IMG/VR virus record: IMGVR_UViG_3300010165_000001 | Location: 1-64,000 of that record | Source of the DNA: a virus | DNA length: 64,000 nt | Reading direction: 5' to 3' (one strand) | In this document: positions 8,477-17,404 of the stretch, in pieces | Numbering within the stretch: position 1 is the first letter of the stretch | How the letters are laid out: the number at the start of each line of letters is the position of its first letter | Made by a program: the position numbers and the translations under genes | Notes under the pieces: generated by a model | Databases searched by the model: none | The model's input: the letters and a program-made list of their open reading frames with translations, nothing else | Told to the model about the DNA's origin: nothing

Positions 8477-8667
8477 AAGATGAAATGAATGAACGGACTG
8501 TAAGAGTAGATTACACAGTGTCTTTAACTAAACATATTACTTGGAATGTAGACTTTAGTAAAGACCAAAACATTGAGGAAGAAATAGAAAAAGATATGAA
8601 TAAAAACCCAAATGATTATTTAGATGGAAATATTAAAAATATTAATGTAAACGACATAAACTATTAA
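8473..8667 (+). CDS. hypothetical small acidic protein
   Basis: ORF coupled to previous. Confidence 0.6.
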   Translation: MKDEMNERTVRVDYTVSLTKHITWNVDFSKDQNIEEEIEKDMNKNPNDYLDGNIKNINVNDINY

Positions 8668-8730
8668 CAAAATGATATATTAAAAATGTGTCAATTGGCA
8701 CAAACTCCATAATATCTTTTTTCCTTTTTA

Positions 8731-8756
8731 CCCCTGACTTCGGTTAGGGGTTTTTG
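8731..8756 (+). terminator. rho-independent terminator
   Basis: CCCCTGAC-ttcg-GTTAGGGG then TTTTT. Confidence 0.75.
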
Positions 8757-8757
8757 T

Positions 8758-8786
8758 TTGCAATTAATTATCTTTTGTGTTATACT
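8758..8786 (+). promoter_or_regulatory. sigma-A-like promoter
   Basis: TTGCAA-17-TATACT. Confidence 0.65.
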
Positions 8787-8815
8787 TAATATAGAAAATA
8801 AAAGGAGAATGATAT

Positions 8816-9232
8816 ATGGATACAAAGGAATTTTTAGAAACACAAGGTAAAAATGAACAAGAACTTAAGGAAATTAAACAGAAAGTTTTAGATAATGCTT
8901 TTTATGTTACTCAAGATATAAATTTGTTCGAGAAACCAAGTGAGCAAGTTTTAGACTATTTAGGAACTGCAATCATAGATTTAAGTAGTTACTTTGATTA
9001 TACAATCACTAAGGAAGACATTAGTATTCCTAGTCACTATAATGGTGAGGTGGATGTTATCCAATTTCTACAGGAAGAATATTTCACAAGAGAGCAATTT
9101 GTAGGGTCTATGGTATTTAATATTGTAAAATACACAACACGTTTAGGACGTAAAGATGATACGTACAAAGAGTTAATTAAAATCTTTACTTACTTTGTCA
9201 GACTAAGAGAAGGTCTTTCTTTCTATGAATAA
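8816..9232 (+). CDS. hypothetical protein (DUF3310-like C-terminal motif)
   Basis: FNIVKYTTRLGRKDD resembles the KY..R.G.K motif of DUF3310; SD AAAGGAGAA. Confidence 0.6.
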   Translation: MDTKEFLETQGKNEQELKEIKQKVLDNAFYVTQDINLFEKPSEQVLDYLGTAIIDLSSYFDYTITKEDISIPSHYNGEVDVIQFLQEEYFTREQFVGSMVFNIVKYTTRLGRKDDTYKELIKIFTYFVRLREGLSFYE

Positions 9233-9602
9233 GAAACTTTTGGCACAATTAATCGAAGTATTCCTGGAAGAAATATTAGACGAAAGCTACGTGTTCTTAG
9301 ATGGTAATGTGGCTACACATGCACATAACTTAGGAACAACACGTTATTATACAGCTAGAGTAAATGACAATAAACGTGGAGAAGTTATTTATGTTAAAGT
9401 AGACCTAGATTATATGGCGGAACATTGTTTCAACTTAGAGGATGTTCACATTCATTTAATAGATGTAATACTAGAGAAGACATTGACACAATACGAACTC
9501 AACAAACTTTATAAAGAAAATCCAAACAAAGTAATCACAACATTCTTAGAAAAATATGTAAAATGCTACATTAATTATGAGGAGTGTGAAAAAGAATGTT
9601 AG
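9225..9602 (+). CDS. hypothetical protein
   Basis: ORF overlapping previous stop. Confidence 0.6.
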   Translation: MNKKLLAQLIEVFLEEILDESYVFLDGNVATHAHNLGTTRYYTARVNDNKRGEVIYVKVDLDYMAEHCFNLEDVHIHLIDVILEKTLTQYELNKLYKENPNKVITTFLEKYVKCYINYEECEKEC

Positions 9603-9769
9603 AAGTTAGTAAAGAATTTTTAGCAGAATTAGCAAAAAGTAATAGTCCTGTGTTAAACGATAAGCCTTTGAAGAACGAAAAATATGATATTGGTTTTGAA
9701 TTAGACGGTTTTAAATATAAATTCTCATATGATGGTACGTATTGGAATTGGGAATACTTCGCAAAGTAG
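9596..9769 (+). CDS. hypothetical small protein (57 aa, not in track)
   Basis: ATG overlaps upstream stop; open to TAG 9767-9769. Confidence 0.45.
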   Translation: MLEVSKEFLAELAKSNSPVLNDKPLKNEKYDIGFELDGFKYKFSYDGTYWNWEYFAK

Positions 9770-9840
9770 GTTAGACTATGAATATTCTAGAATATATTAA
9801 AATCAAAATAGAGTTACTAATTCAAAAACTTAAAAGAAAT

Positions 9841-9871
9841 AGAGACACCTAAAAAAGGTGTCTCTTTTTTA
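9841..9871 (+). terminator. rho-independent terminator
   Basis: AGAGACACC/GGTGTCTCT stem then T6. Confidence 0.8.
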
Positions 9872-9900
9872 TTGACATAGATATTTATATGTGATATTAT
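9872..9900 (+). promoter_or_regulatory. sigma-A promoter
   Basis: TTGACA-17-TATTAT directly after terminator. Confidence 0.75.
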
Positions 9901-9929
9901 ATATACATAAACAATAAAGGAGAGGTTTT

Positions 9930-10949
9930 ATGGAATTTGATAAAAAGAAATTAAAAGTAAAACGATTTTTAACAGGGGAAGGTAAATATTTAAATGTATT
10001 TAACCACTCGTATACGGAAAATGGCAAGAAGGTACTTTTAGTTTCAGTTAAAAAAGAAATTGATTTAGATACATTAGAGAGACCATTAACTGAGGAAGAC
10101 TTTAACTTCGTTTTTAAAATTATTCAAGTTAATGGGTATTGTGCAACACACTGTGACCATAATGATTTTTATAACTATTTAGCTGACGTAAAAGACTTTG
10201 AAGAAGGTACTCGATTAGCTTTTGATTTTATTGAAGAAAACTTAAGAGATAAAAACATGGAAGAATCATTGCATTTTATTAATGAAGTTAACAAGCTTTC
10301 ACCATTTTTAACTAAGTGGAAAGATTATATTGAACAAAGAGATGAAATTGGTGATTATCCTAGAACTAATAACTTTAACACATTAAATAAGAACAATAAT
10401 AGGTATGTACATTATTTTAGACAAGGGGATAATGATGGTATTATTTTCTATTTATATGATGAAGAATTAGATAAGAAAATCCCTGTTACTGTAGTAGAAG
10501 GAGACTTAAACACATTAAGTGTATCACTTGATAGTGTCTACCAGTTTAGAATACCAAATGAACTTGAAGATATAGAACAATGGATAAGTGATTGTTTATT
10601 AGGAGCTAAAAGTGAGTACTTACACGCAAAAGAAAAAGCAGAAAAAGGTACCCAAGAGAAAGATAGACTACCTATGATTTTTGCTATGTTATCATCTCCG
10701 ATTTATATTGGTGGATATTTACCTACTTCAAACATAACTGTAAAAAATGAAAATACTTTAAATATAGATTTAACAATGGGATATAAAATAACTTTAAAAT
10801 ATAATAAAAAAACTAATAAAACAACATTCAATTTAACACTAAACGAAGCGGAAACTACACTTGTAAATGTTGTTAAAAATAAAGAGATTAAAAATATTGA
10901 AGATTTACGTAAGTATCTACATGAGGTTGCAGAACCCTTACTTATGTAA
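9930..10949 (+). CDS. hypothetical protein (339 aa)
   Basis: ORF; SD AAAGGAGAGG. Confidence 0.7.
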   Translation: MEFDKKKLKVKRFLTGEGKYLNVFNHSYTENGKKVLLVSVKKEIDLDTLERPLTEEDFNFVFKIIQVNGYCATHCDHNDFYNYLADVKDFEEGTRLAFDFIEENLRDKNMEESLHFINEVNKLSPFLTKWKDYIEQRDEIGDYPRTNNFNTLNKNNNRYVHYFRQGDNDGIIFYLYDEELDKKIPVTVVEGDLNTLSVSLDSVYQFRIPNELEDIEQWISDCLLGAKSEYLHAKEKAEKGTQEKDRLPMIFAMLSSPIYIGGYLPTSNITVKNENTLNIDLTMGYKITLKYNKKTNKTTFNLTLNEAETTLVNVVKNKEIKNIEDLRKYLHEVAEPLLM

Positions 10950-10954
10950 TTTAT

Positions 10955-10985
10955 AGAGGTTCTTAATTGAACCTCTAATTTTTAA
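10955..10985 (+). terminator. rho-independent terminator
   Basis: AGAGGTTC/GAACCTCT stem then T-rich. Confidence 0.7.
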
Positions 10986-10992
10986 ATAAATG

Positions 10993-11021
10993 TTGACATA
11001 CAGATAATAGTATTGTATATT
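10993..11021 (+). promoter_or_regulatory. sigma-A promoter
   Basis: TTGACA-17-TATATT. Confidence 0.7.
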
Positions 11022-11042
11022 ATAAATAGGAGGATGATAGGA

Positions 11043-11375
11043 ATGAAATCAGATTTAATTATTAGGCAATCGTATCATGGTTCAGGTGGAAAAGAAGGTT
11101 ATAGATATAAAGTACTTAATTCAGATTATGAGTTTATAGGATGGATTGATGACTTTCCTATTAATCATGAGAGCCATTTATTTGAGATTAGAGGTGTATT
11201 TTATAGCTCTATATATGAAGAAGAGGACAATACACCCAATGGAGAAAAATATGAAATTGTTTATATTCATTTAGAGAAAGCATCAAGTATTAAATATTTA
11301 CACATTCCTGTAACTAGAGACAAACGTACTAAAGAAATTACAGAACGTTTACTTGACTTTAATAAGGAGGATTAA
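11043..11375 (+). CDS. hypothetical protein
   Basis: ATG 11043 after TAGGAGGA; track start 11013 lies inside the promoter. Confidence 0.65.
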   Translation: MKSDLIIRQSYHGSGGKEGYRYKVLNSDYEFIGWIDDFPINHESHLFEIRGVFYSSIYEEEDNTPNGEKYEIVYIHLEKASSIKYLHIPVTRDKRTKEITERLLDFNKED

Positions 11376-11376
11376 A

Positions 11377-11565
11377 ATGGAGACATGGTATGCTTTATGT
11401 TATTATGATAAAGTAGGTAAGAAAAAAGTACCTAGACAAATCAGAGCAAATAGGGATATTTCTATCTTAGAAGAACTTAAAGAAAGATTAGAAGAACGTA
11501 ACCCAGATACAGAGTACTCTATAAAAACAACAAAAGAATTTGATAAAATCAGAAATAATATGTAA
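11377..11565 (+). CDS. hypothetical small protein
   Basis: ATG 11377 after AAGGAGGA preferred over track start 11353. Confidence 0.65.
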   Translation: METWYALCYYDKVGKKKVPRQIRANRDISILEELKERLEERNPDTEYSIKTTKEFDKIRNNM

Positions 11566-11636
11566 TTTTATTATAAAATATTACAATAAAAATAAGATAG
11601 TTAACGGATTACTTATAGTTTTAAGTAGGTGGTAAT

Positions 11637-11795
11637 ATGGTAGATATTATAATTTTAATTATTGGATTAATACTATTTTTAGCTAGTGGATATAAATTAA
11701 TTTTAGGTAAATATTATGATGATACAGATTTAAAAAAGTTGTTTACAATTTTTAGTATTGGTGTTATACTATTACTTGTAGGATTTATATTATAA
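11637..11795 (+). CDS. small two-TM membrane protein (52 aa, not in track)
   Basis: MVDIIILIIGLILFLASG..IGVILLLVGFIL; SD AGGTGG. Confidence 0.5.
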   Translation: MVDIIILIIGLILFLASGYKLILGKYYDDTDLKKLFTIFSIGVILLLVGFIL

Positions 11796-11810
11796 AGGAG
11801 AGAATTACAA

Positions 11811-12035
11811 ATGAATTATAAAAAGGTATTAGAAACTATTAAAAAGAATAAACCATGTAAGGTTAGATTTAGTGGTAGTATTTTAGCGATTACTAATACA
11901 GAATTTAATGCAGACACTGATAAAGGTGTATTACAGATTGATGTATCAAATATTAATAAAGATGATTACATTAAGCTACAACAGTATTGTTTAGAAAGAG
12001 ATGATTATACTGTAGCAGGAACTATTTTGTTTTAA
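11811..12035 (+). CDS. hypothetical small protein
   Basis: ORF; SD AAAGGAGAG. Confidence 0.7.
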   Translation: MNYKKVLETIKKNKPCKVRFSGSILAITNTEFNADTDKGVLQIDVSNINKDDYIKLQQYCLERDDYTVAGTILF

Positions 12036-12053
12036 ACAAGGAGGGGATATATC

Positions 12054-12566
12054 ATGTATTTACAAGACTATATAGGAAAATATATTCAGAAAGAGAAAGA
12101 ATATGGTTATCAATCTACTTGTTTAGTTGATGATTATGTTAAAAGGTTAACAAGAAATAAATATGAAACTAAACTTCATGCTAGAGCCACTATGTATGAG
12201 GATTTACCTAAGTCATGGAAAATTATAAGATGTAGAGGTTCTTTTAAAATGGATGATTACAGAGAAGGAGATATTTTCGTAGATAAGGATGCTTCTGATT
12301 TTGGGTTTAATGGTATCATTTTAAGTAATCAAGACCCTTATAAAGTAACTGTAATTACACAGAACAGAACAGGAAAAGGAACAAACCCTGTAGAAAAACA
12401 TACTTATGATAAACGTAATATAAGTTATATTGTTAGACCTTCACAAGAAGATTATATTCTGAACTTTAAAAAATCTTATAAAGAAGAAAAAGTAACAATA
12501 ACAAAACAAGAGTACAATAAGTTAGTAGATGCTTATAATAAACTAAAAGAAGTACTTGATAAGTAG
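12054..12566 (+). CDS. hypothetical protein
   Basis: ORF; SD AAGGAGGGG. Confidence 0.7.
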   Translation: MYLQDYIGKYIQKEKEYGYQSTCLVDDYVKRLTRNKYETKLHARATMYEDLPKSWKIIRCRGSFKMDDYREGDIFVDKDASDFGFNGIILSNQDPYKVTVITQNRTGKGTNPVEKHTYDKRNISYIVRPSQEDYILNFKKSYKEEKVTITKQEYNKLVDAYNKLKEVLDK

Positions 12567-12576
12567 GAGGCTTTAA

Positions 12577-13173
12577 ATGGATATTAAAGTATACTTTATA
12601 CTAATTAATAATGGAGCTCCTTGGTATCCTGATGCTTATGAACATCAAGTAATGCAAAGTAATAGTACTTTGGAAACCTTCTTAAGTTCTTATAAATCAG
12701 AGTACAAATATAAAATTAAAAATGAACAAGATATAGCAAAGAAAGAGATAAAGAGTTTACTAGGTTTTAATGATTTTGAGTATATATTTAAGATTGATAA
12801 AAGGTATTTTGAATTGCAAAAAGGAATAGTAAATATACAAAGAGTAAATACTGATAGCTTTATCAATACAATAATAATAGATGAAGATATAAAATATAAT
12901 ATTACCATGGAGGACATTCTAAAACATAAAGATGAATCTAAACGAGAAGATTACTATTTACTTAAAGAGTTTAAGAAAGAAGAACTTAATGTTTTAGAAG
13001 GTGTTAAACCTAATATTACAGTAGAGGTTAATTTAGAAGAGTTATTAAATATTCATAGAGTTATAGATAAAATTAATTATATAAGAGGTTCAGTAGGTAG
13101 ACGAGGTAATAACTTTTATGTTAAACTATTTATGAAAGATTTAATAAGAAAAGAGGGATTAAATGGATATTAG
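12577..13173 (+). CDS. hypothetical protein
   Basis: ORF; SD TAGGAGG. Confidence 0.7.
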   Translation: MDIKVYFILINNGAPWYPDAYEHQVMQSNSTLETFLSSYKSEYKYKIKNEQDIAKKEIKSLLGFNDFEYIFKIDKRYFELQKGIVNIQRVNTDSFINTIIIDEDIKYNITMEDILKHKDESKREDYYLLKEFKKEELNVLEGVKPNITVEVNLEELLNIHRVIDKINYIRGSVGRRGNNFYVKLFMKDLIRKEGLNGY

Positions 13174-13891
13174 TAAATGTAAAGAATTGACATCGATTGA
13201 ATTTGGTAGTACATATCAAGGAACGAGTGATGAACACTCAGACTTAGACTTAATGTTTATTGTCCAACAACCGTTAGAAGATGTTATCTTTAGAAACAAT
13301 GAGAAAGCAAGTTATCACTCAGGAGATGTAAGATATTACTCTGTAGAGAGGTTTGTATCTTTAGTTTTAAAAGGTGGTTTTGATAATATACTATTACTAT
13401 GTGCACAACTTGAACAAGCTGAAGATTCAGAAATCAACAAGAAAGTACTACATCACTTTTATGACCGTAGTTTCTTTTCTATATTTGTTCGTTCAAGGTT
13501 CAAAGAACAAGTTTATTCAGTATGTGGACAGCTCAATAAGTATATGAACAAAGACCACTTAACAGGTAAAGAGAATGTTAAAGTTAAAACATTTATGTAT
13601 CATTTAAATAAATATAAAGATATTTTAGATAATTTTGATACTTACATTGACTACACTACATTTTCTAAAGTAGACTTACCAAGTTATGTTATAGATACAA
13701 AACGTAGCGATGATAAGTTCTATATAGACAAAGAGTATGCAGAAAACTTAATTCAAGAAGTTAAAGAAAAATTAAAAGAGAACAAAACAACAATTAAAAG
13801 ACTAAGAAAGTTATCAGAACATATAGAACAAGAAATTAAAAAAGATGTAACTAGATTTTTAATGGCAGAAAAACTTAGAGAGATATTGTAA
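13163..13891 (+). CDS. Pol-beta-superfamily nucleotidyltransferase (RlaP-like)
   Basis: N-terminal GSTYQGTSDEHSDLDLMF (GS..DxD NTase signature). Confidence 0.6.
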   Translation: MDISKCKELTSIEFGSTYQGTSDEHSDLDLMFIVQQPLEDVIFRNNEKASYHSGDVRYYSVERFVSLVLKGGFDNILLLCAQLEQAEDSEINKKVLHHFYDRSFFSIFVRSRFKEQVYSVCGQLNKYMNKDHLTGKENVKVKTFMYHLNKYKDILDNFDTYIDYTTFSKVDLPSYVIDTKRSDDKFYIDKEYAENLIQEVKEKLKENKTTIKRLRKLSEHIEQEIKKDVTRFLMAEKLREIL

Positions 13892-13905
13892 AAGGAGAGA
13901 TTTAA

Positions 13906-14148
13906 GTGGAAAAATTAGTAAAAGATTATGAAAAGGCATTAGAAAGTATGATTAAGGTTTATGGTATAAGAGTAGATAGAGAAGACTTGACTGTAGAAGT
14001 TATTTTGAATACAAATCATACAGGTGAACCACAAATTGTTAGAGGTAAAGAAGGATTTGTTAGTAACTTAGTTAATGTATTATCAAAAGATAAAGGTTAT
14101 AGAGATTATTTTTCAGTTGAATTAGAGAATTTAAATATTATTTTATAA
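13906..14148 (+). CDS. hypothetical small protein
   Basis: GTG start after AAAGGAGAG. Confidence 0.65.
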   Translation: MEKLVKDYEKALESMIKVYGIRVDREDLTVEVILNTNHTGEPQIVRGKEGFVSNLVNVLSKDKGYRDYFSVELENLNIIL

Positions 14149-14168
14149 AAATTAGGAGGAGTTATATT

Positions 14169-14408
14169 ATGGAATGGTTTACAGCAGATAAAGGGTTTAA
14201 TCAAGAGCAAGCAGATTTTTCTAATTACGTAGGGGAGTTACTACAAAATCCTGAGTATAGATATGTAGATAGAGATGTCATTGGTCATTGTATCTCTTGT
14301 TTAAGTGTATTACATCGTTCAGGAGAAGACATCAACGAATTAGCTAAGAAGGCTGATGAGTTATTTAACACTATCGTAGATAAACAGGATAATATAGAAA
14401 ATAATTAA
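14169..14408 (+). CDS. hypothetical small protein
   Basis: ORF; SD TAGGAGGAG. Confidence 0.7.
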   Translation: MEWFTADKGFNQEQADFSNYVGELLQNPEYRYVDRDVIGHCISCLSVLHRSGEDINELAKKADELFNTIVDKQDNIENN

Positions 14409-14422
14409 ATAAAAAACTTTAA

Positions 14423-14460
14423 CTCTATCTATTGACATAGGTAGAGTTTTATTATATAAT
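14423..14460 (+). promoter_or_regulatory. terminator hairpin with -35 box in its loop, fused to promoter
   Basis: Stem CTCTATCTA 14423-31 / TAGGTAGAG 14438-46, loop TTGACA 14432-37, TTTT, TATAAT 14455-60. Confidence 0.7.
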
Positions 14461-14493
14461 AAGAGTATATCAAATAAGGAGATGATGATAACG

Positions 14494-15528
14494 ATGGGTA
14501 AGGTAAAAAGAAAATGTAAACGATGGAAGCAGGAGGAAATTGAGATAGCTAAAAGTTTATATAAAAGTGGTATGAATCTTAGTGAGATTGGAAGAGAGGT
14601 AGGGAGACCGTCAGGGTCGGTAAGAGTTAAATTGTCGGAGTTGGGGATTCATAAAGTTGATAAGGTATACTTATGGGACATTGAAAGTGTTAGAGGTCAT
14701 ATAATAGATATAGATGAAGCAAAGACACTTACACATCAAAGTCATGAACGAATAATGTTTCAATGTTCTACTGTTGGATGTGAGAATACTAAAATGATGC
14801 TTGTTAAGAATTTAGTAAAACAAGGTTTCTCTTGCCCTAACTGTTCAACAGGAATCAGCTATCCCGAATCATTTTTCACAGCATATTTAGAAGTTAAAGG
14901 AATTCCATACGAGACACAGGTTATATATGAAGATTTAAGTGATAGAAGATATGATTTCCGTATACAGTTAAAGGGGACTATATTTTTATGTGAAACACAT
15001 GGCATACAGCATTATCATACAGAAGATATGGGTTATCATAAAGTTGAAACTATTCAAAAATCAGATTCTGTCAAGAGGGAATATGCTAAATCAAATGGAA
15101 TCAATTACATTGAATTAGATTGTAGGAAATCAACTTTTGAATTTATTAGAAATAGCATTGAAAGTAATAAATACTTACCTAATATAGAAGATAAAGAAAT
15201 TCCAAATATGCTAGAGTTAATGGAATTAAATTCTAAATACCCAGTGAAAAAAATTATCAGAATGTATGAATCAGGAAAATCATCTTATCAAATAGGTGAG
15301 GAGTTAGGGTATGATGCCATAATAATACAGAGAATCCTTAAGCATAATAATATTAAATTGCGTGATAAGAAGCGTATGGTGCGACTTGTAGAAACTAATC
15401 AAATTTATGTATCAATTGCGGAAGCACAACGTCAAACAGGGATTCATGGTAGTAATATCAGTATGGCTTGTAATGGAAGACGAAAAAAAGCAGGTAGTTA
15501 TCATTGGGAATATGTTGACAATGAATAG
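14494..15528 (+). CDS. free-standing homing-endonuclease-like protein (HTH modules + Zn-ribbon/nuclease-like core)
   Basis: C-terminal VETNQIYVSIAEAQRQTGIHGSNISMACNGRRKKAGSYHWEYV is NUMOD1/IENR1-like; CPNC ribbon; ..DFRI..CETHGIQHY core; ATG 14494 preferred. Confidence 0.5.
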   Translation: MGKVKRKCKRWKQEEIEIAKSLYKSGMNLSEIGREVGRPSGSVRVKLSELGIHKVDKVYLWDIESVRGHIIDIDEAKTLTHQSHERIMFQCSTVGCENTKMMLVKNLVKQGFSCPNCSTGISYPESFFTAYLEVKGIPYETQVIYEDLSDRRYDFRIQLKGTIFLCETHGIQHYHTEDMGYHKVETIQKSDSVKREYAKSNGINYIELDCRKSTFEFIRNSIESNKYLPNIEDKEIPNMLELMELNSKYPVKKIIRMYESGKSSYQIGEELGYDAIIIQRILKHNNIKLRDKKRMVRLVETNQIYVSIAEAQRQTGIHGSNISMACNGRRKKAGSYHWEYVDNE

Positions 15529-15577
15529 AAAGTATTATATACTTAGTAAAACACACATTTTATAGGAGGATTTAACC

Positions 15578-15802
15578 ATGTGGGAAATTTATTCTTTGTA
15601 TATGATTAAAGAAGATGAGAAGATAGCAGTGGAGTATTATTCTGATAAAGAAACAAGTTGGTTAAAGGAAGAAGGTCAATATTTATTAGAAGATACAAGT
15701 TTTGATAGGTATGAAATATTAGGAATGTTAGGTACGTGTGGGAAGAAAAAGCAAGAGGTATTAAAAGGATACAAAATACAAATTTATGAGGAGGAGTTAT
15801 AA
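15578..15802 (+). CDS. hypothetical small protein
   Basis: ORF; SD TAGGAGGA. Confidence 0.65.
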   Translation: MWEIYSLYMIKEDEKIAVEYYSDKETSWLKEEGQYLLEDTSFDRYEILGMLGTCGKKKQEVLKGYKIQIYEEEL

Positions 15803-16029
15803 TGAGTTTATCAGACATCTATGTACAGTTAAACCAATTAGGATTTCAAGTAGAATTTTTAGGGGATGTAGATAATAAATATGCTACACTAAAAGTCGAT
15901 GGTTACTATATTGAAAATAGAATCGTAGATAGCGGTTTTAGAATTACAGGCAAAGGTACATTTCTATCTGTACTCGAAGGTGAGGATGTAGTAGGATTTT
16001 TTAAAAATAAATTTTATAAGGAGGGTTAG
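15802..16029 (+). CDS. hypothetical small protein
   Basis: ORF; SD GAGGAGGAG. Confidence 0.65.
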   Translation: MSLSDIYVQLNQLGFQVEFLGDVDNKYATLKVDGYYIENRIVDSGFRITGKGTFLSVLEGEDVVGFFKNKFYKEG

Positions 16030-16032
16030 GTT

Positions 16033-16227
16033 GTGCTAAATTTAGAACATGATTATACAATAAGGACTGTCGATAACAGGAAATATTCTTATGAGACTAG
16101 TTATAAAGCATTAGGCTCTGTATATAGAGAAGTTATGGGTAACGATTATATAGAGGTAACTAAATGGGCTAAAGATAAAAAAGTTGTTATTGATACTAAA
16201 CATATTGTATCTATTGAAAAGTGGTAA
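16033..16227 (+). CDS. hypothetical small protein
   Basis: GTG start after AAGGAGGG. Confidence 0.6.
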   Translation: MLNLEHDYTIRTVDNRKYSYETSYKALGSVYREVMGNDYIEVTKWAKDKKVVIDTKHIVSIEKW

Positions 16228-16246
16228 ATAATAAGGAGGAATTATA

Positions 16247-16606
16247 ATGGATTATGAAAAAGAAATAGATAGATTAAAAACTAAGAATTATGAATTAGAA
16301 CAAAGACTAATGAACGAATCACGAGATGCTGCGATGTTGAGAAAACTAAATAAAGAACTATCAGAACATATTAATAAACTCTCAAGGGAAGGGATTATAG
16401 ATAGTCAAATTTATGTTATTGTGTATATAAAATACGAAAACGAAGGTGATGGCGAAGCATTTGCAAACCCGAAGTATTTTACCAATAAAGATAATGCGAT
16501 TCACCAATTAGAAAAAGAAGGGTTTGAACATATGCGTGGTGATGAATATTCAGCAACTTGGTATTTGCACGCAGAGATTAAGTTATTAACTAAGGAGGAA
16601 TTATAA
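16247..16606 (+). CDS. hypothetical protein with coiled-coil N-terminus
   Basis: ORF; SD AAGGAGGA. Confidence 0.7.
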   Translation: MDYEKEIDRLKTKNYELEQRLMNESRDAAMLRKLNKELSEHINKLSREGIIDSQIYVIVYIKYENEGDGEAFANPKYFTNKDNAIHQLEKEGFEHMRGDEYSATWYLHAEIKLLTKEEL

Positions 16607-16824
16607 TGTATAGATTTTTATTGTTTAGTTATGCTGACTATTATCCTATTGGTGGTATGAGAGATTTAGAGTTTAAATTTAATGTTTTTTATGAGTTAGT
16701 AAATAACAAGGATGATTTATATTTAAGTGACTATATTGAAATATATGATATTAAATATGACAGTACACTATATATTCGTAACAAAGAAACGATATTAAGT
16801 GAATTTAGAGACTATTTAGGATAA
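16606..16824 (+). CDS. hypothetical small protein
   Basis: ORF; SD AAGGAGGA. Confidence 0.65.
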   Translation: MYRFLLFSYADYYPIGGMRDLEFKFNVFYELVNNKDDLYLSDYIEIYDIKYDSTLYIRNKETILSEFRDYLG

Positions 16825-16858
16825 TTTAAAATGATAATTTTATAGGAGAGATTAATTA

Positions 16859-17209
16859 ATGGATGAATTAAAACTTATACCAACTTATAGAGTGGTAAAT
16901 AGATATAATGTAAGTAAAAACAAAGTTGAGATACTACTTGTTAACCTAGCTAACGATTTTGATGTTATCACAATAAAAGTATCAAAAAATGCTAGTAACA
17001 TGATTGCAGATAGCTCATGTTATTCTATTACTACAAGAACCAAGAGAACATGGTATACACTTTGGTTAGGTAAAAAAGAAGAACACCATGTGTTAGGTAA
17101 TATAGATGAAGAAGGTAAAGTACTCATGACTATAAATTCACCACCACTATCAGATAAAGCTATAGATAATTTTAAAAAAGAATGGAAAAGAGTAAATTAT
17201 AATGAATAA
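16859..17209 (+). CDS. hypothetical protein
   Basis: ORF; SD TAGGAGAG. Confidence 0.7.
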   Translation: MDELKLIPTYRVVNRYNVSKNKVEILLVNLANDFDVITIKVSKNASNMIADSSCYSITTRTKRTWYTLWLGKKEEHHVLGNIDEEGKVLMTINSPPLSDKAIDNFKKEWKRVNYNE

Positions 17210-17295
17210 CACAACAGAAGATACTGTTACTTATGTTATAAATAGAATAGAGTAACTAGGTTATAATATACAGGTGCATAGAGAGGATTATGGGT

Positions 17296-17404
17296 ATTAT
17301 ATAAGTATTTACTTATAATAAGATGGTATATTATAAGTGATATATAATGTATAAAGGAGATAGCGATATGGCAGTATTAAAGATATACAATAAAGAAAAA
17401 GAAC
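17296..17404. repeat. left copy of ~109-bp direct repeat (about 90 percent identical to 21286-21394)
   Basis: Direct alignment by eye, 11 mismatches; covers upstream region, SD and first 12 codons of the fibre gene. Confidence 0.85.

Noticed and set aside
17330-17350. A shared late-promoter element, GTGATATAT(A/T)AT, upstream of 17368, 21358 and (reverse strand, near 54055) 53360
   Set aside because: There are only three occurrences and two of them belong to the same duplication. The distance to the start codon differs greatly. I found no match to the SPO1 middle or late consensus spacing. The evidence is too weak to call.
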